Assembly (NCBI RefSeq): GCF_006345805.1
Contig: NW_021836178.1
Coordinates: 62,001 to 126,000, forward strand
Direction of reading: 5' to 3'
DNA from: Octopus sinensis
Taxonomy: Eukaryota
DNA length: 64,000 nt
Part shown: piece by piece, positions 25,535-38,849 of the stretch
Numbering within the stretch: the stretch's first letter is position 1
Layout of the letters: every line of letters begins with the position of its first letter
The notes under the pieces: generated by a model
What the model was told of the DNA's origin: nothing
Seen by the model: only the letters and a program-made list of their open reading frames with translations
Databases searched by the model: none
Program-made: the position numbers and the translations under genes

Positions 25535-26689
25535 GGTAATCTCCAATTTTAGTCATAATATAAATCTCGACGTATAAGCAATAGATTTTAATTATTTTTT
25601 CATTTTTTATTAATTTAAGTTAATTTTAATGGGATTGTCTATTGTTAACTATTAGGAGTAGAAATTCTTGGAATATCTTTTCTTTATCAACTACCAAGGT
25701 CCGCCACGTGAATTCGTCCAAATAAGATTCAAATAACGCTCGCGATGTTTTTAAAATATATTTACGAGTTTTACCAAATTGCCTTTTTAGCTTTCTCTTC
25801 GCTCGCATCCATGTGTTCTCAATATTTTGAGTATGGATGGAGCGGTCCAAAGGGTGAACAAAATGTTCGGAGTGATTTATCACAGAATGTGAATAAATCC
25901 CTCCTCCAATGTGCACAATCCCACTATAGGCTGCCCAACCATCAGTAATGATATGGGTGCCGGAAAGTACGCGTCGAACGATAACTTCATTGAGTGTTTC
26001 CGCTGTCCTGTCTAAAGGATAAATGGAAAAAAGAACCTGCAACTTTTTCAAAAAACCACTTTCTAGTTTCCCTGTCTATTCCACCCAATACCCAATGGCC
26101 TGGTCGCCAATGACCTCGATGGTACTTTCTGTGAAAAAAAATAAAATTAAATGAATTACGTAATGTATCTTCATTAACCACGAGTCCCCCAAATTTAATA
26201 GGAGCATTTGCAAGAGACACCGTAATAAGTTCTCTGCACGGTAAATGACTTTCTAAAATTAGTTTAAGGATGACTTACTAGAAAACCAGCTGTTCGTTCT
26301 TAGAAGTTTTGCATGGAATGCATAACCAAATTGCGTTGTCCACGTTTCTTTTTGACTTAGATAAACGACAGCGTCTCTATTTTTGAGAATATAGGTCTTA
26401 CTTTACAGCGAACGCATTTCATTGTGTTAGAGATCAACCGCCTCTCTGCGCACCAAATTACACACTCTTCTATATTATCGCCGAAGAGCTTGTATAGAGA
26501 CAATAACCAGTTATATTCCTGCATTATTTGCTCATCAGACTTAATTGCAGCCGCATCAACAATAGACAAACCCATTTAAAATTAAACAATCCCATTAAAA
26601 TTAACTTAAATTAACAAAAAATGAAAAAATAATTAATATCTATTGCTTATATGTCGAGATTTATACCATGACTAAAATTGGAGATTACC
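25535..26689 (-). mobile_element. Merlin (IS1595/ISXO2-like) DNA transposon with ~105-bp TIRs and an 8-bp TSD
   Basis: TIRs GGTAATCTCCAATTTTAGTCAT... at 25535 and its inverse ending at 26689. Flanks CAATTTCG / CAATTTCT. Transposase motifs KYHRG..WVLGGIDR, IITDGWAAY, INHS..FV, HTQNIENTW, YLDEFTWR. Frameshifted and internally deleted. Confidence 0.92.
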
Positions 26690-27079
26690 CAATTTCTAAT
26701 AGAATATGCTGTAATCCTTGTCTCTTGAATCCAGCAAATAGTGACACCACGGATAGATAAATTACGCGCGAGTTGATGTTTTTTGGTGATAAAATTACCA
26801 AAAGAGTATGGGAAACGGGAAGACATCTTTTCAAAGAGGGACGTCACCACCCTAACCCAAAAAGTGATTGCATGATTGAACTGTTATTGATTTTCCTATT
26901 TTTTCTAAGAAATTATTGAAATATTTAACACAGTTGAACTAGAAAATGTAAATAAATTTAAGACATAACAGTTTTTAATGTTCAAAAGTACCGCAACTCA
27001 CATTACTTATCGCAATTTGCTACGCCCTTGTGTTCACTGTATATGTCAGTTTCATCATGCTAATATCTGTTTGATACAT

Positions 27080-28100
27080 TTTCATCATAATTATGTCTAA
27101 TAATAAATTTATTCCCCACGATTATGTTTTACTCATCATATCTTTATTTTCTTATTTTCGCCTCTCGTTTGGTTTTTTCAGAATCCCCATATTCTGTGGT
27201 TCATCTTTCAAGATTTTATTTTTTTTCGTAATTTATTTCGGGTCTGCATTTGTAAAATTGAGTATTGTCTCAATATTTTTTAATGTTACCTGTTGAAGAA
27301 TGGGTATACGAATACACTGTTTTTTTGTGTTCTTTCTCCAACATTTATTTTCTGATTTCAATGATCTTGCGATTGTCTGATCGAAGCGTTTAATAATTCT
27401 CTGACTCCTTAGATTGTTAGGTCTACTATGATTTTGCTAATCATTGAAGTGATTCCATAATGCTTTGACATTTGATTTTTTAGATTGCGTTTCATTGTCA
27501 GATTGCAAGAATCGGCATGGTCTAAAATCAAAAAAGATTTCTAAGAATTTTGCAACTTCACTTCTACTCTTAGTATTTAAAATTCTTGTGAACGCATATT
27601 TATTTGATATAATAACAAAAGAAAAGATTTTAAACAATCAATGATCCTGGGAAGCCATTTGAAATATTGATTTTTTTCATTGACTTTGAATTTATTTAAT
27701 TAGAAAAGTCTTAATTTTTGAAATCAATCAGATCTATCTAAATTCTCTCATTTGGCTGTGAACCTATAAAGTAGTTAGTTTTTCTACATACTTTTTCTAC
27801 ATACACGACCATATATTTGCAATCTTAAATAATTTTTGATGGGTTCTTTTTCTACTGTTTTGTCGGTTATTTTATACAGATCATTCCTTTAGCAATCAGC
27901 TCTTCCGAACCTTTTATTCTTAATAATTTTTTTGATCAAGTCAGGGATAGTTAATCGCGAGATATTAAGCTCGTCAGATATTTTTTTATTGGTAAATTTT
28001 AACGAATTCAAGCTTCGAATCTTTCCTTTTCTTATTATATAAAACATTCGTAATTTTAACGAACTTTAAAATGCTCGGTTTTTGATTGCCCATGTGTAAT
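27080..28100 (-). mobile_element. Ginger-like integrase remnant
   Basis: KYAFTRILNTKSRSEVAKFL...FLQSDNE integrase core, heavily decayed. Confidence 0.6.
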
Positions 28101-28689
28101 TAAAATTTTTAATTTAGATATATAATGCAATACAAAAGATAATGATGTTAATTAGCACTTAATTTCAGAGAAGATCAAAATGGGCAGTCGATTGCTGATT
28201 ATTCTCAATATTGGAATTTTCTGAAGATTTCCTGACGAGGACACTAACCATACAGTCAATTGCCGGTGTGATTTTTGAATCTTTGATATTTAAAAATCCA
28301 AGATAGCTGATGCAGCGCGAATAGTTTTACCATAAAGAGTTCCCTGCAAATATTAAATTTTGGCCGGGTTTCACGTCTCTTCTGATATGTCTGTTATCAA
28401 CGTGTTTCGAAAGTTTTCAGCATAACATTAATTACCCATGATGATTGGATCGTAGAAATTTGATTCGATTTGGACAGCAAATAATTGTTTGGTAATCAAT
28501 TGTGTGCAGATCCTCTGAATGAATGGAACAAGAATTGTTAATCAAACTAAACAGTTTGCACAGCAAGTAGTTTCCGAATTCTCAAATTAATCTTTCTTGG
28601 AACGTGGGTGTTTATTGACGGAGTACTGACAGGCAGGGGCAATGTTAAAGACATATTATTTTGGTGATAAATTTCTCTTATTCGTTTGT

Positions 28690-28860
28690 ACAGTTCGAAA
28701 GTTCTTTCCCATGGTTTAACCCTGTTTCTAAAAAAACAATTATACTCTCAAGAGTCTTCTTTATAGTAAGCGATTGAATGTATGCGTACGTTCTTTCACT
28801 GATCTCAAGCGAACGTGCATAAAAAGGCCTCATGGAAATTATCTCACGTAAAAGATTATT
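28690..28860 (-). mobile_element. R4/Dong-type element extreme 3' fragment
   Basis: YARSLEISERTYAYIQSLTIKKTLES vs YAQSLNINERTHAYIQSLTIKKTLES in the 13530 element. Confidence 0.8.
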
Positions 28861-29049
28861 TCGAAAAATTCGACGTAAAAGTATTAAAATATGGATCTGA
28901 AAATGTATTTAATTTCGATAAACCTTACTTTTTATAAAAAGAACTCCTCAAAAATCATTAGTTGAAAAGGCGAACCGTGTTTTTGGTATAAACATGAAAA
29001 AGAAAGACTTACTGTTCTTCTTTCCTGAAGTTTAATTGGGAAAAACTTT

Positions 29050-29400
29050 TTTTCGCTCTTGTTTGTGACGTCACCTGTATCGACTCGTTTTCCTCGTCAT
29101 CTCTCATCGACTCTGCCTCCCGCCCTGGCTCAGCCTCCGCACATGCCGAAACGAAAAAAATCGCAAAGTACGCCTCATTGGAGAACACCTGCCTCTTCGT
29201 CCCCCTGGCTTTCGAGACGAGTGGGATAATCGGCCCAAAAGCCCTGGAGTTCCTTTCGGAGATTGGTTTGATGGGTCGAGGAAGAGTCACGAGAGTTGTG
29301 AGTCTAGCTAGCTTTTTCAGCGCATTTCGCTGGCGATATTGCGCGAAAACTGCCTGTTTATTCGCTCGTCAGTTCAATCAAAGAATTAACTACTGTTTAT
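29050..29400 (+). mobile_element. CRE-type non-LTR retrotransposon 3' (RLE) fragment
   Basis: LVCDVTCIDS..AETKKIAKYASL..FVPLAFETSGIIGPKALEFLSEIG..FQRISLAILREN. Confidence 0.8.
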
Positions 29401-31179
29401 TAGAAAAATACTGACTATTGTTTTTAACCAATAAAATTTCTCAACGGAAACAAAATTGGAAAAAACTTGATCCGTTAATTATTGGAAAGTACACAAAACC
29501 TCTGTGCCTAAAAAATTTTGATGCCCAAGAGTTTGGATTATTTTATTCGTGATCTAAAAATGCATGGATGACTGGAAAGATTTTGATGAGTCATCTTAGT
29601 CTAATAAATGAATTTTTCCAAAACCAGAGAAAATAAAATATTTCACGTGTTGCAGCGAAAATGCTTTGAGTTTTTTAGATTTTCGACTAAAATTGACGAA
29701 TAATATCTGATAAAACTCTAAAACTAAGATTAAAATAACTGATTATTTTAGGTAAAAATGTTATTTGATGTATATTACTGATTTAATTTAAAAATAATTA
29801 CAAACCCCTGTTTATCTAATAAATAAAAAAAAGTTTATTGGCGGACTCTAAGAATGACCCCTCAGAACTACAACAGCCTCACACTCCTTAATAACACGAT
29901 AAACTCTATTCTCATAGTTATACTTTTTGACTGGTTTATTCCGATTTCGTTTGGAAGATTCCATGACACTTGAACTGTAGTACTCAGCATTTACATTGCC
30001 ACCGATTCCCTTCTCTGGGTCCTTGTCTATTTTTTCTTTAAACTGTCTCTTTTCTTAGCTCCTTTCAATTTTGCTTCTATTCTTGTTGATATAATAATTC
30101 ATCCAGACTAATTTCAGAAATTATGTTAATTAAATTAATGATTATTTAATCAACAAGAAAAGTCAAAAATTAATTTTTTTATTATCTAAAACTCCTTTTT
30201 TCCTATTTTTCAACAAATTCTAAATTGATTCGAAAACATACTTTAATCCTGCAATCAGTTTTATTGTACTGCTTTATATAATGATCATCGCCATACAAAT
30301 TATTTTTGTGCAATATAATCCTTGTCGTCTAATATACATATAATTATGATTACTTTATAGCTTTCCAATTGGTCAATTGTATGAATGTAGTTTCCTATAT
30401 CCATAATTTTGTTATAAATTTGTTTGTTTTTGGTTTTAAGAGATTTATTAAATTCACGATTTCGGATTGACTTCTCCCTATGTATAAGAATTATTATGAA
30501 TTTACATTGTTTGTTGTTTCGAGCTTTGTACATTTGTTTTCCAATTATTTATATTTTTTATTAAAACTGATTTTGAAGAGGTTGTCGAATACGTCCGATT
30601 GTTGATTTCCGGTTTAACTAAATATAAATATTTATTGCTTGTAATTTTTACCTCTTTCTAAAGAATTTTGCAAAATAGCATTTTCTTTGTCAATTCTTTT
30701 TTGATCATAAAATGGATATGTGGCACGATTCATATTTCGATTGATTTCGTCAATTCCTCATATTTATCGACAACGAATGCGTTTCGAATGGCCAGTTTCT
30801 TGCGGTTATACATTAATAATTAACTTATTAAATTTATTCAATCGAAAAATAAATTTTTATTAAGTATTATTGACAGTGACGTTTTCTGTGTCATTTAACC
30901 ACATATTTTAAAGTTTATTTTGGGTCTGATAGACACCATAATGCTTTATCAGAATTTTATAAAGTTTTTTTCCGATGATAGATACTTCCAATACACAAAT
31001 GTCATCGTTTGAGGAATAAGAGAAATCACAACAAGCATTTCGAAATAGTATTAGTTTGTCTCACGCATAACAGGCATTTGGTGATTGAATTATTTTTAAA
31101 AATTCCCAAAATGAGGGTCGATCTCAAATCCATTTTCTGAAAATAGTCAACTCCATTATATTTCGTATACCAAAAATCG

Positions 31180-31635
31180 TTTAAAATAATAAGCAAAAAA
31201 CACGTGGAAATGAGCAGTTGGGCTTTTTCACAGCCATCTAATTCCTCCAAACAAATTAAACTGACTTGATTGCCCCGATAAAAACCGAAGGGCATCAATC
31301 TCAGCCTGTGTCACTCCCCCAATATAAAAAACTAGAACCACCTTAGTTTCCACCACATTGGACCGCCGAGAAGTCAAGGAAACAATCGAATCACCTAAGT
31401 CAAACCAGAACTAACAAACTTCGTTTAAGGCAAGTCTTCTCTTCCTGCGTCTGCGAGTACAACACTGTGGGTCTGGGAACACCCTTTAGTAAGTCCAAAC
31501 TCCGATTTCTGAAAATGGCAGGAGATAATCGGGAAATAAGTGGAGCGTAAATTGCCAAGACATAGGAAGGATCGGACGGATTTACATCATCAATCTCATT
31601 GGAAACACTTATTAATAGCAACTGCAGTAGAAACA
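31180..31635 (-). pseudogene. VPS33: VPS33 (Sec1/Munc18 family) C-terminal relic
   Basis: DDVNPSDPSYVLAIYAPLISRL and VVLVFYIGGVTQAEIDALRFLS match VPS33 (NPTDISYVYSGYAPLSVRL; FFLGGVTFAEIAALRFLS). The 5' part is replaced by an RTE element. Confidence 0.75.
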
Positions 31636-31639
31636 GCTA

Positions 31640-32140
31640 TATTTCCATACGCGCGACACTTGAAACAATTTCTTGATAATTCTTGTCCATTCTTCCTTGT
31701 TGCATGCTAAAAGTCTTATTGCGTCCAGATCATCGTCCGCGTTTGGTTGATTTGAACTCAGCATCTAGCACCTCCAGTAGTGTAATGCGCGGGCGCCCCC
31801 GATATTTTTTTCCACTTGCAGCAAAATATTCTCAATAGCTAAATTTGCGGGTAAAGTCGGCACCATCCGTAAGACATGTCCGAACAGTCTCTATCGGGCC
31901 TCCATCACATCCCGAATCACAGGTCGCGCTGAAAATTTACGGTAAAGTGCTCCATTGTTGAGTCGTATCGGCTATTGTACCCCGCATAGTATACGCAGTT
32001 GCCTTCAGTAGAATGAGTTAAGGTTTTTGGTTTTTAAAACAGAATTCCCCAACAGGAGGAGTTGTATAGCAAGACAGGTTTCAGAAATGCATTGTAGAAA
32101 TGCAAAAGAAGCGCAATTAGCCACTCAATCCGTTTTCAGT
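31640..32140 (-). mobile_element. RTE-type LINE RT/C-terminal remnant
   Basis: FYNAFLKPVLLYNSSCW, LFGHVLRM, GRPR and DDDLDAIRLLACNKEEWTRII. Confidence 0.7.
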
Positions 32141-34329
32141 TGGACAATTTAATTGGTAAGATAGTATAAAATTCTACAATTTTTGCAATACCAGAAAGAA
32201 CAAAGTCAATAAAAACTGGAGAGATATGAAATAAAAGTATTTTCTTTGAACATTTCATCAAATGACCCAGGATTCATCTAGGTGATATTAAATTCATAAA
32301 AAAGCAAATATATAAAACATAAAAATCTCTTCCCCCAAAATTCGAACCAAACATCCAAGCATAAATGCTGAGACGGGATATGGTATCAAGAAATGTAGAG
32401 AATTTCCGTCACTGAAGTAAATAAACTTTTATCGTCATATTGATTATATAAGAAAACATTAGAAACCAACAAAAAACATTAATCATAAGTGTAATTATCG
32501 AAAATATTAAATTAAATAAATATTGATCGAATCGCAATACGAAACGGCTTACAAAAGTAAAAACGTTAATCAAATTCAATAGCATAAGGTTATATAGGTA
32601 AATCAAAAATAAAAACATACAGGGAAAGGTTTCTTAATGTTAATTAAAACTGCCAACCCCTTTTGATGGACCATACGTTGATACAATATCTACAGATAAA
32701 TCAGATTCCGCTATCATTTCTGGATGTAAAAAATAAATTAACAAAAATAAGAAATATTTTCAAATTCAAGAATCTTAGAGATAGAAGTAAAAAAGTTGAA
32801 TGTAATAATTTTAATTTTTCGGAATTCTGAAAGCTTTTCAACATTCAGGCTAAACGTGTAAAATGCTTCGAAAAAGAATAGAATTAATATTATGAAATTA
32901 GGATCATTCAAAGATTCAGTCGTCGCTAATAATTCAAGTGAAATTTTGAATGCTTCAGGAGTTTGTGAAATAAGGAATATATCGCCCAAAATAGAATATA
33001 TCTGCGAATCAGCCAAAAAGCGATTTTTCATTAAACATGCATGGAGAGTTGAAAAAGTTTTCGTTTTGCAAATTTATTTTCCTTAACAGGAAAAATATCT
33101 CCAAACTCATTTTGATAACAAAAAATATTAATAATTTCGATAGTAAAATCATCTTTCAAACAATAAAAATAATTCCTAAGCTTTATTTTTCGTATCTGAA
33201 GAAACATGTTCATAAACAGAAAAGAAATGCCTACAATAGCAAATTAATTTTCAAAACTTCATATATTCTTATTGATCATTACAATTAAGAAATGATTCAT
33301 TGAAAAAAGACGATAAAATATTTCGAGAATTTTCGAAATTAAACTCAGAAAAGCCCACAATGACAAATTTTTTGATAAAGAAAAAACAAAGACCAGTTAT
33401 GTTCATTTTGTAAATAGTAATAAGACGATGAACAATATTTGGTATTTGATACAAAAAGCAAATATTTTAAAAGTAAGTGGAAAATTTTATTTAAATTAAA
33501 AATATATAATTGATTATTATCCATTTCCCCTCCTCCCGTCTCTGAAAGACTATGGATAACAAAATTTTTTTAAGTGAAGAAAAAAGGAGAAGTTAACTAA
33601 ATTAGATGAGTCGCCGAGCGGATGGATAACAAATTAATAATTAAATTAATTTCTGAATCCTCTTTAACACAATTCTACTTTTTAAACGCATATTAATAAC
33701 TGAAGAGATAATAACATAAGCAAAATTTAGATTTTAATCCAAATTCAAACATGAAGTATGAGCGATTAGATGCTCTAAAAGCAAAGAAGATGCATTACGA
33801 TAGGTGGATAAATTTGAACAAATCTGAACAAATGGAATTAATTGAGAAAGAGCAGATTCGATCCTTTTAAATTTTATTTGACCGAAAGGAGACAGCATTC
33901 TAACAAAAAACAAGTAAAAAATATTATTTGATGATCCATCCTTGAAATTCAATAAAATTTCAAACCAAGCCGACTACGTTAAGATGGGGCTTTGCATAAT
34001 AAACCAAAATACGATAATCTCTAGCAAGTCTAGTGACAACAGCATTCTATTAAATTAAAAAATGAAAATATTAATTTGATTTCGTTCCATGACTTTTTTC
34101 CTTCAATAAATTGATTTTACATATATAAAGCGCTAAATATATCACAGTATAAATGACAAAACGGCAAATTACTAACATTCTGTACGTTGTGGACGATTTT
34201 GAAAGGCGTAATCGCTTCGTCAAGTTTTATCCTGATTTATTACTTTTAGACCCAGGAAAAACTATGTGAATACTTTATTAAAGAATTTATGTTTATATTA
34301 CTCATTAAATTGGTTTTTGATCAAAGAAC

Positions 34330-35330
34330 TAATGGATCTTTTCCCCAAAACTAAATTAATTTTCTCACTACTATTTTCAGCTGATTGAATTTCTGGAAGC
34401 ATATGAAACAAAGCGACAAATGACAATTTGAACAAATACTTTGAAAGCTTGCAAATGAGATTTGATTCAAAGGTTGATAGCTCGGTGAGTCAATTTTGAT
34501 CCTCTTGGTGACTGGTCCTCTGTTGGATTGAATATTTTTATTAGTTTTAATATCGTTCAAAGTGAAAATATTATTCTTTTTAGATGCATTTTAACTTGAA
34601 TCGTGTATTGCTTGATGACCCTTGAAGTGATATCATACGTCCTTATCAGCGAAGCAGTCGAGGGATATGAAAGAAGTCCTAAAAAGCACACCTTCAAAAA
34701 GAATTACTATAGCTTAAGTGGGGAAAAGTCATAGCTAAACTAATGATTTTTTTCATATTTTGATCTATAAATATTAATTACTATAGCTTAAGTGGGGAAA
34801 AGAATTTTTTTATCTCCTGAGTTACTCTTTATAAAAATAACGTTTTTCATTTTGTCGTGATGAAAGTTCAAATATATTTTGTTCATAATCTTTTTAGCAG
34901 CAGACAATGTAGTCAGTTTAGTTATAAATAGGCGCGTGCTTTCCATTTTTGTCAGATCTCCTTTCCGGTCGGACAGAATTTTCTCAGACATAATGCAAAA
35001 GACAAAGTTTTAGTGACAAAAACGTATCTCACTGTTCGTTTTGAGATAACAACACTTTTCCCGCCAAACTTGGAAACCCCGCAAAATGACTCTTTCTTGA
35101 CCAATTTTTTGTCAATCTGTTGTAATAAAAAACGTCATGAGAAATTGATTATGATATTGTTGTGTCCAACCATCACTACATTCTAAAATCTACAATACCT
35201 TTATTAAACCCGTATTATTATACAATTCATGGTGTATTTCTGATACCGAATTAAAAAATCTTGATTCGTTTCACAGAAAAAAGCTTTTTGTCTTGAATGA
35301 TCTACATTAGCCTAAAAAAATAAACAATTC
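34330..35330 (-). mobile_element. Degenerate piggyBac transposase
   Basis: RKGD..FHHDKMKNVIFIKS (KWxDK..V motif), LIRTYD..VIKQY, and a C-terminal ICSNCHLSLCFICFQKF Cys-rich domain. Confidence 0.55.
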
Positions 35331-35493
35331 ATCGCTTTAAAAGCCACCCACCTATAAAGCTGAACTTCATCCCACCTATAAACTCAAGTAAATAACAGAA
35401 TTATTTAAAAAGCAAAACATACAATTTATATATCGAAAACTAGTTGATTCGACTCCCGTTCATATTCCCAACCCAATTAACTTACAAACACAA

Positions 35494-36073
35494 ATGTCTG
35501 AACTCTCAGTAGAAGGTCCTTATATACAAAAAAGTGCCCACAAACACAGTCCACTCACAGAAGGCACTCCAATCCAAAAAGACCTTGTCCATGTTTTCAC
35601 CAACGAGAGTATCACAATTTCTAAAAGAGAATCACCAATTCAGTCTATACCTAAAATAAACGCGAACTACGACATCACAGTGATGAACCACCTCACAGCT
35701 ACAGTCCTCCCTTCCTTGTAGTGAGGGTACAGACTGAGACACCACAGAAACTAGCCCGTCACGTCTGCAATAAATCCAACGACTGCCCAGACAGGTGCAG
35801 AGTCTGGAGAGGACGAATCTGTAAGTGAAATCTTTACTTAACAAGCCTGTAAATTAGCTCAAATGATAAATCTGATGATTGTGATGATAAAAATGATAAA
35901 TGTGGAGTTGTTGATGATTTGTGTTTGTTGAATAAGTCAGTTTCCGTCAATTACCACACAAGTGCAGGAAGGAAACAGAAAAATAGGAGAAATATGAGCG
36001 TTAAGGACGGAGGTCGGCAAATTCACTATTCGGATTATGTCCAAAAGTTACCTGATGTAGGGGATTCCGGCTG
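35494..36073 (+). other. Gene-like GC-elevated segment of unknown function (Ser/Thr/Pro-rich, then Asp/Cys-rich)
   Basis: ORF 35494-35721, a possible GTAAGT...AG intron near 35821-35857, and a frame reading SNDKSDDCDDKNDKCGVVDDLC ending in TGA near 36073. No family recognised. Confidence 0.3.
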
Positions 36074-36194
36074 AGTCATGTTTGTGTGGTATTTGCATAT
36101 TAGAAGTGTCCCGAATATCCCCCGTGATTCCCATATTAAATATGTCGCGAGCGCTGCGAGCGACCGAGCGCAGCGAGCGACCACTCAATTTCTA

Positions 36195-37714
36195 CAGTAC
36201 CGCTCAAATGTTTCGGACCACCCTATTTTTCTCAATTTCCAAGTCAATCCTAAATTATTTTTATACGGTTCTTTAGAGAAACTTATTAGATAAGCTTAAA
36301 CACATTTATTCTATTTTAAAAACTTGGACAGATATTCATGTTTGGCGCAATTTTAAAATTATCGATTTTATACTCGATCATATGTTCCGGACCAGTTTAA
36401 AAAAAACCGAAAATTTATTAAACTTATAAAAAGTTAATAATTAATATTTCCTCCGTTGTTCGTTATAACAGCATTTATTCGCTCTGGAAGTGAATTGTAT
36501 AATTTTTCAATGTACGAATTATCAATCTCGTACCAAATTTTTTTGGTCAAATTCCAGAGCTCTGGAAGATCTTTTGGTTCCAGATCATAAAGTTTTTGTT
36601 TTAGTACCGACCACATATTTTCAATAATATTCAGTTCGGGTGACTGGCTCGGCCAAGTTTCTAAGATTTTTATTTGTTTCCTTTGAAAAAAATTCATTGT
36701 CGACATGGACCGATGGGAAGGAGCGCCGTCTTGCTGGAGATACATGGTCTCATCATAAAAATTTTCGAGTCCAACATTTATAATTCTCTGATACTCTGCG
36801 GAATCAACATTTTTAATGCATAAGACAATGTTTCTCCATCCATTTGCAGCAATAGCTCCCCAGACCATAATGCTAGGAGAAAATTTTCGTGTTTTTAAAC
36901 AATATTTTGAGTCAAATCTAGAGTTTGGTGGCCTTCTAACATAATTTTTTGTGTTTGAATGCAAATTTATTTTGCATTCATCACTAAAAATAATTTTACC
37001 CCAATCATTTTGGCTCCAAGTTAATTTCTCAATGCACCAATTTTTTCTAGCCTTTTTATGGCATATGGAAAGACTTGGTTTTGGGCATTGCTTTCGCCCA
37101 TTCAAATTATTTCTTTGTAGGCATCTTTTAATTGTATTTGTGCTTACAATAGAATTTAATTTCATATCAAATTTAATTTGATTTGCCGTTTTTGTGGGGT
37201 CTGCTTTCGAAATTCTCACTAATTTGCGTTCAGATCTTGGGGATAACAATCTCGGTCGACCAGATTTGGGTCTGTCGGAATATAGTCCAACGGATGAATA
37301 TCTGGAAATTGTTCTTTGAACAGCAGTTTTGGATATTTTTAATTTTTCGGCAATTTCTCTTTGTGAAGCTCCATCTTTAAAAAAGTGATGATAGCGACCC
37401 GATCAACCAGTGAAACACGCGGCATTTGTTATTTATTAGTCTTTTGTTTTTAATTGAATCAAAAATTATTTAAATTTAAAGAGATTTAACTGGTTCGAAA
37501 CATATGATTGCAACTGGTCCGGAACATATGATCGAGTCAAAAATCAATTATATTCAATTGGCGCCAAACAAAAATATTTAAAGAAAATTTTAGAATAGAA
37601 TAAATGTATTTAAGCTTATCTAATAAGTTTCTCTAAAGAACCGTATAAAAATAATTTAGGATTGACTTGGAAATTGAGAAAAATAGGGTGGTCCGAAACA
37701 TTTGAGCGGTACTG
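36195..37714 (-). mobile_element. Complete Tc1-family transposon, ~210-bp TIRs, TA TSD
   Basis: CAGTACCGCTCAAATGTTTCGGACC TIR at 36195 and its inverse ending at 37714. TA at 36193-36194 and 37715-37716. The outer ~110 bp of the TIRs are nearly identical. Confidence 0.96.
36434..37425 (-). CDS. Tc1 transposase, DD35E; one homopolymer frame break near 37380
   Basis: ATG at 37425 gives MPRVSLVDRVAIITF, then the HTH QREIAEKLKISKTAVQRTI, GRPR, IFSDE, QQDGAPSH, WPSQSPELNIIENMW. I count 35 residues between the second D and the E. Confidence 0.88.
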
Positions 37715-38849
37715 TAGATGCGATCAATCAAACAATTTATAAATTGACAAATACCCAGGTTGGTATTTGGGTTTGAATATATTCGATAACAAAAATTAAA
37801 ATCGATGCCAAAGCAGAATGTGCTTTAAAACCGATTTCATAAATAAAAATAATATTTTAAAATTTATAATTGATATTTTAGAATAATGAGAAAAAATCTA
37901 AATGCTTCATAATTTATTAAAATGTCAAAACAAGAATCTTCTGAAGGAGCAAGCCTGTCTGGACAGTTCATTTTTGATTAGAAGACCTAATTTTAGAGAT
38001 TGAAACGAGAAATAGCAATGAGATCTGTCAAATTATTACCCCCCTCACAACCTAAACCAAATTAGCGTTCAGTATTCATTGATTTTACTTTTTCTATTAA
38101 GGTCTACTTATAAATTATTTTATGGGATTCAATGGAAAACTTAAGTTATTTCAATTTTAATTTTAAATCATGTTAAAATTTTAAATAATTTAATAAATAT
38201 ATTTGTTGATGACAGGCTTGTTAGGTGTCAAAGTCGCGTCTAGCGCTCGGTCGCGCGCTGCGCTCGCGACAAAATATGTCACCACAAGAGCGCAAAAACT
38301 TTGTTAACAAATATAAGTGGACCAAATATTCTTAAAATTCTGTATACGATTTTTTAGTTCATAAAAAGAATCTGGAAGAGAATTCCAAGTTTTGAAAATC
38401 ACATCTTCAATTTCTTTAGTATAAAATCAATATCATTCTTAATTTTACAGAATAGTTTTCATGTTCCAAGTTCTTCTGAAAAGCGAATAAACTTTGATGT
38501 CTATAATTCCTTACATGTAAAGTCCAATTTCGAACTCAAGTGTGTTAATTTCATGTGTGTTGCCAATATTTAAAAGCGGAATTCTCAATCTGATTATTCG
38601 TTGCAAGTTCTTCTACAGTTTTTTTTCGCGAATCACTAGTTGGATATCCCTTTTTGGTATTAAGATAAATCTGATTTATCACATGAAAGCATCAACAACC
38701 CGTACACTATGACATACGATAAATCTAACAAATCACATGAAACTCCTTTTTTGCATGATAACAAAATATATTTCGAGTCAATAAAGCTATTTTTAATATT
38801 TTTAAATTAGATTTTTTAATGCCTTTTCGTTCAACATTAAAACACCCTA

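Larger units (their letters stand above)
36143..38271. mobile_element. Non-autonomous TGT...ACA element (Ginger-like) with GC-rich TIRs and a 5-bp TSD, hosting a Tc1
   Basis: Left end TGTCGCGAGCGCTGCGAGCGACCGAGCG and right inverse end ...CGCTCGGTCGCGCGCTGCGCTCGCGACA. Identical AAATA flanks at 36138-36142 and 38272-38276. Confidence 0.8.

Noticed and set aside
6905-33630. Short dispersed repeats (6905-6955 with 33585-33630; 7377-7430 with 8171-8225)
   Set aside because: These are real similarities of about 50 bp but have no termini, TSDs or coding signal. They are most likely TE debris.
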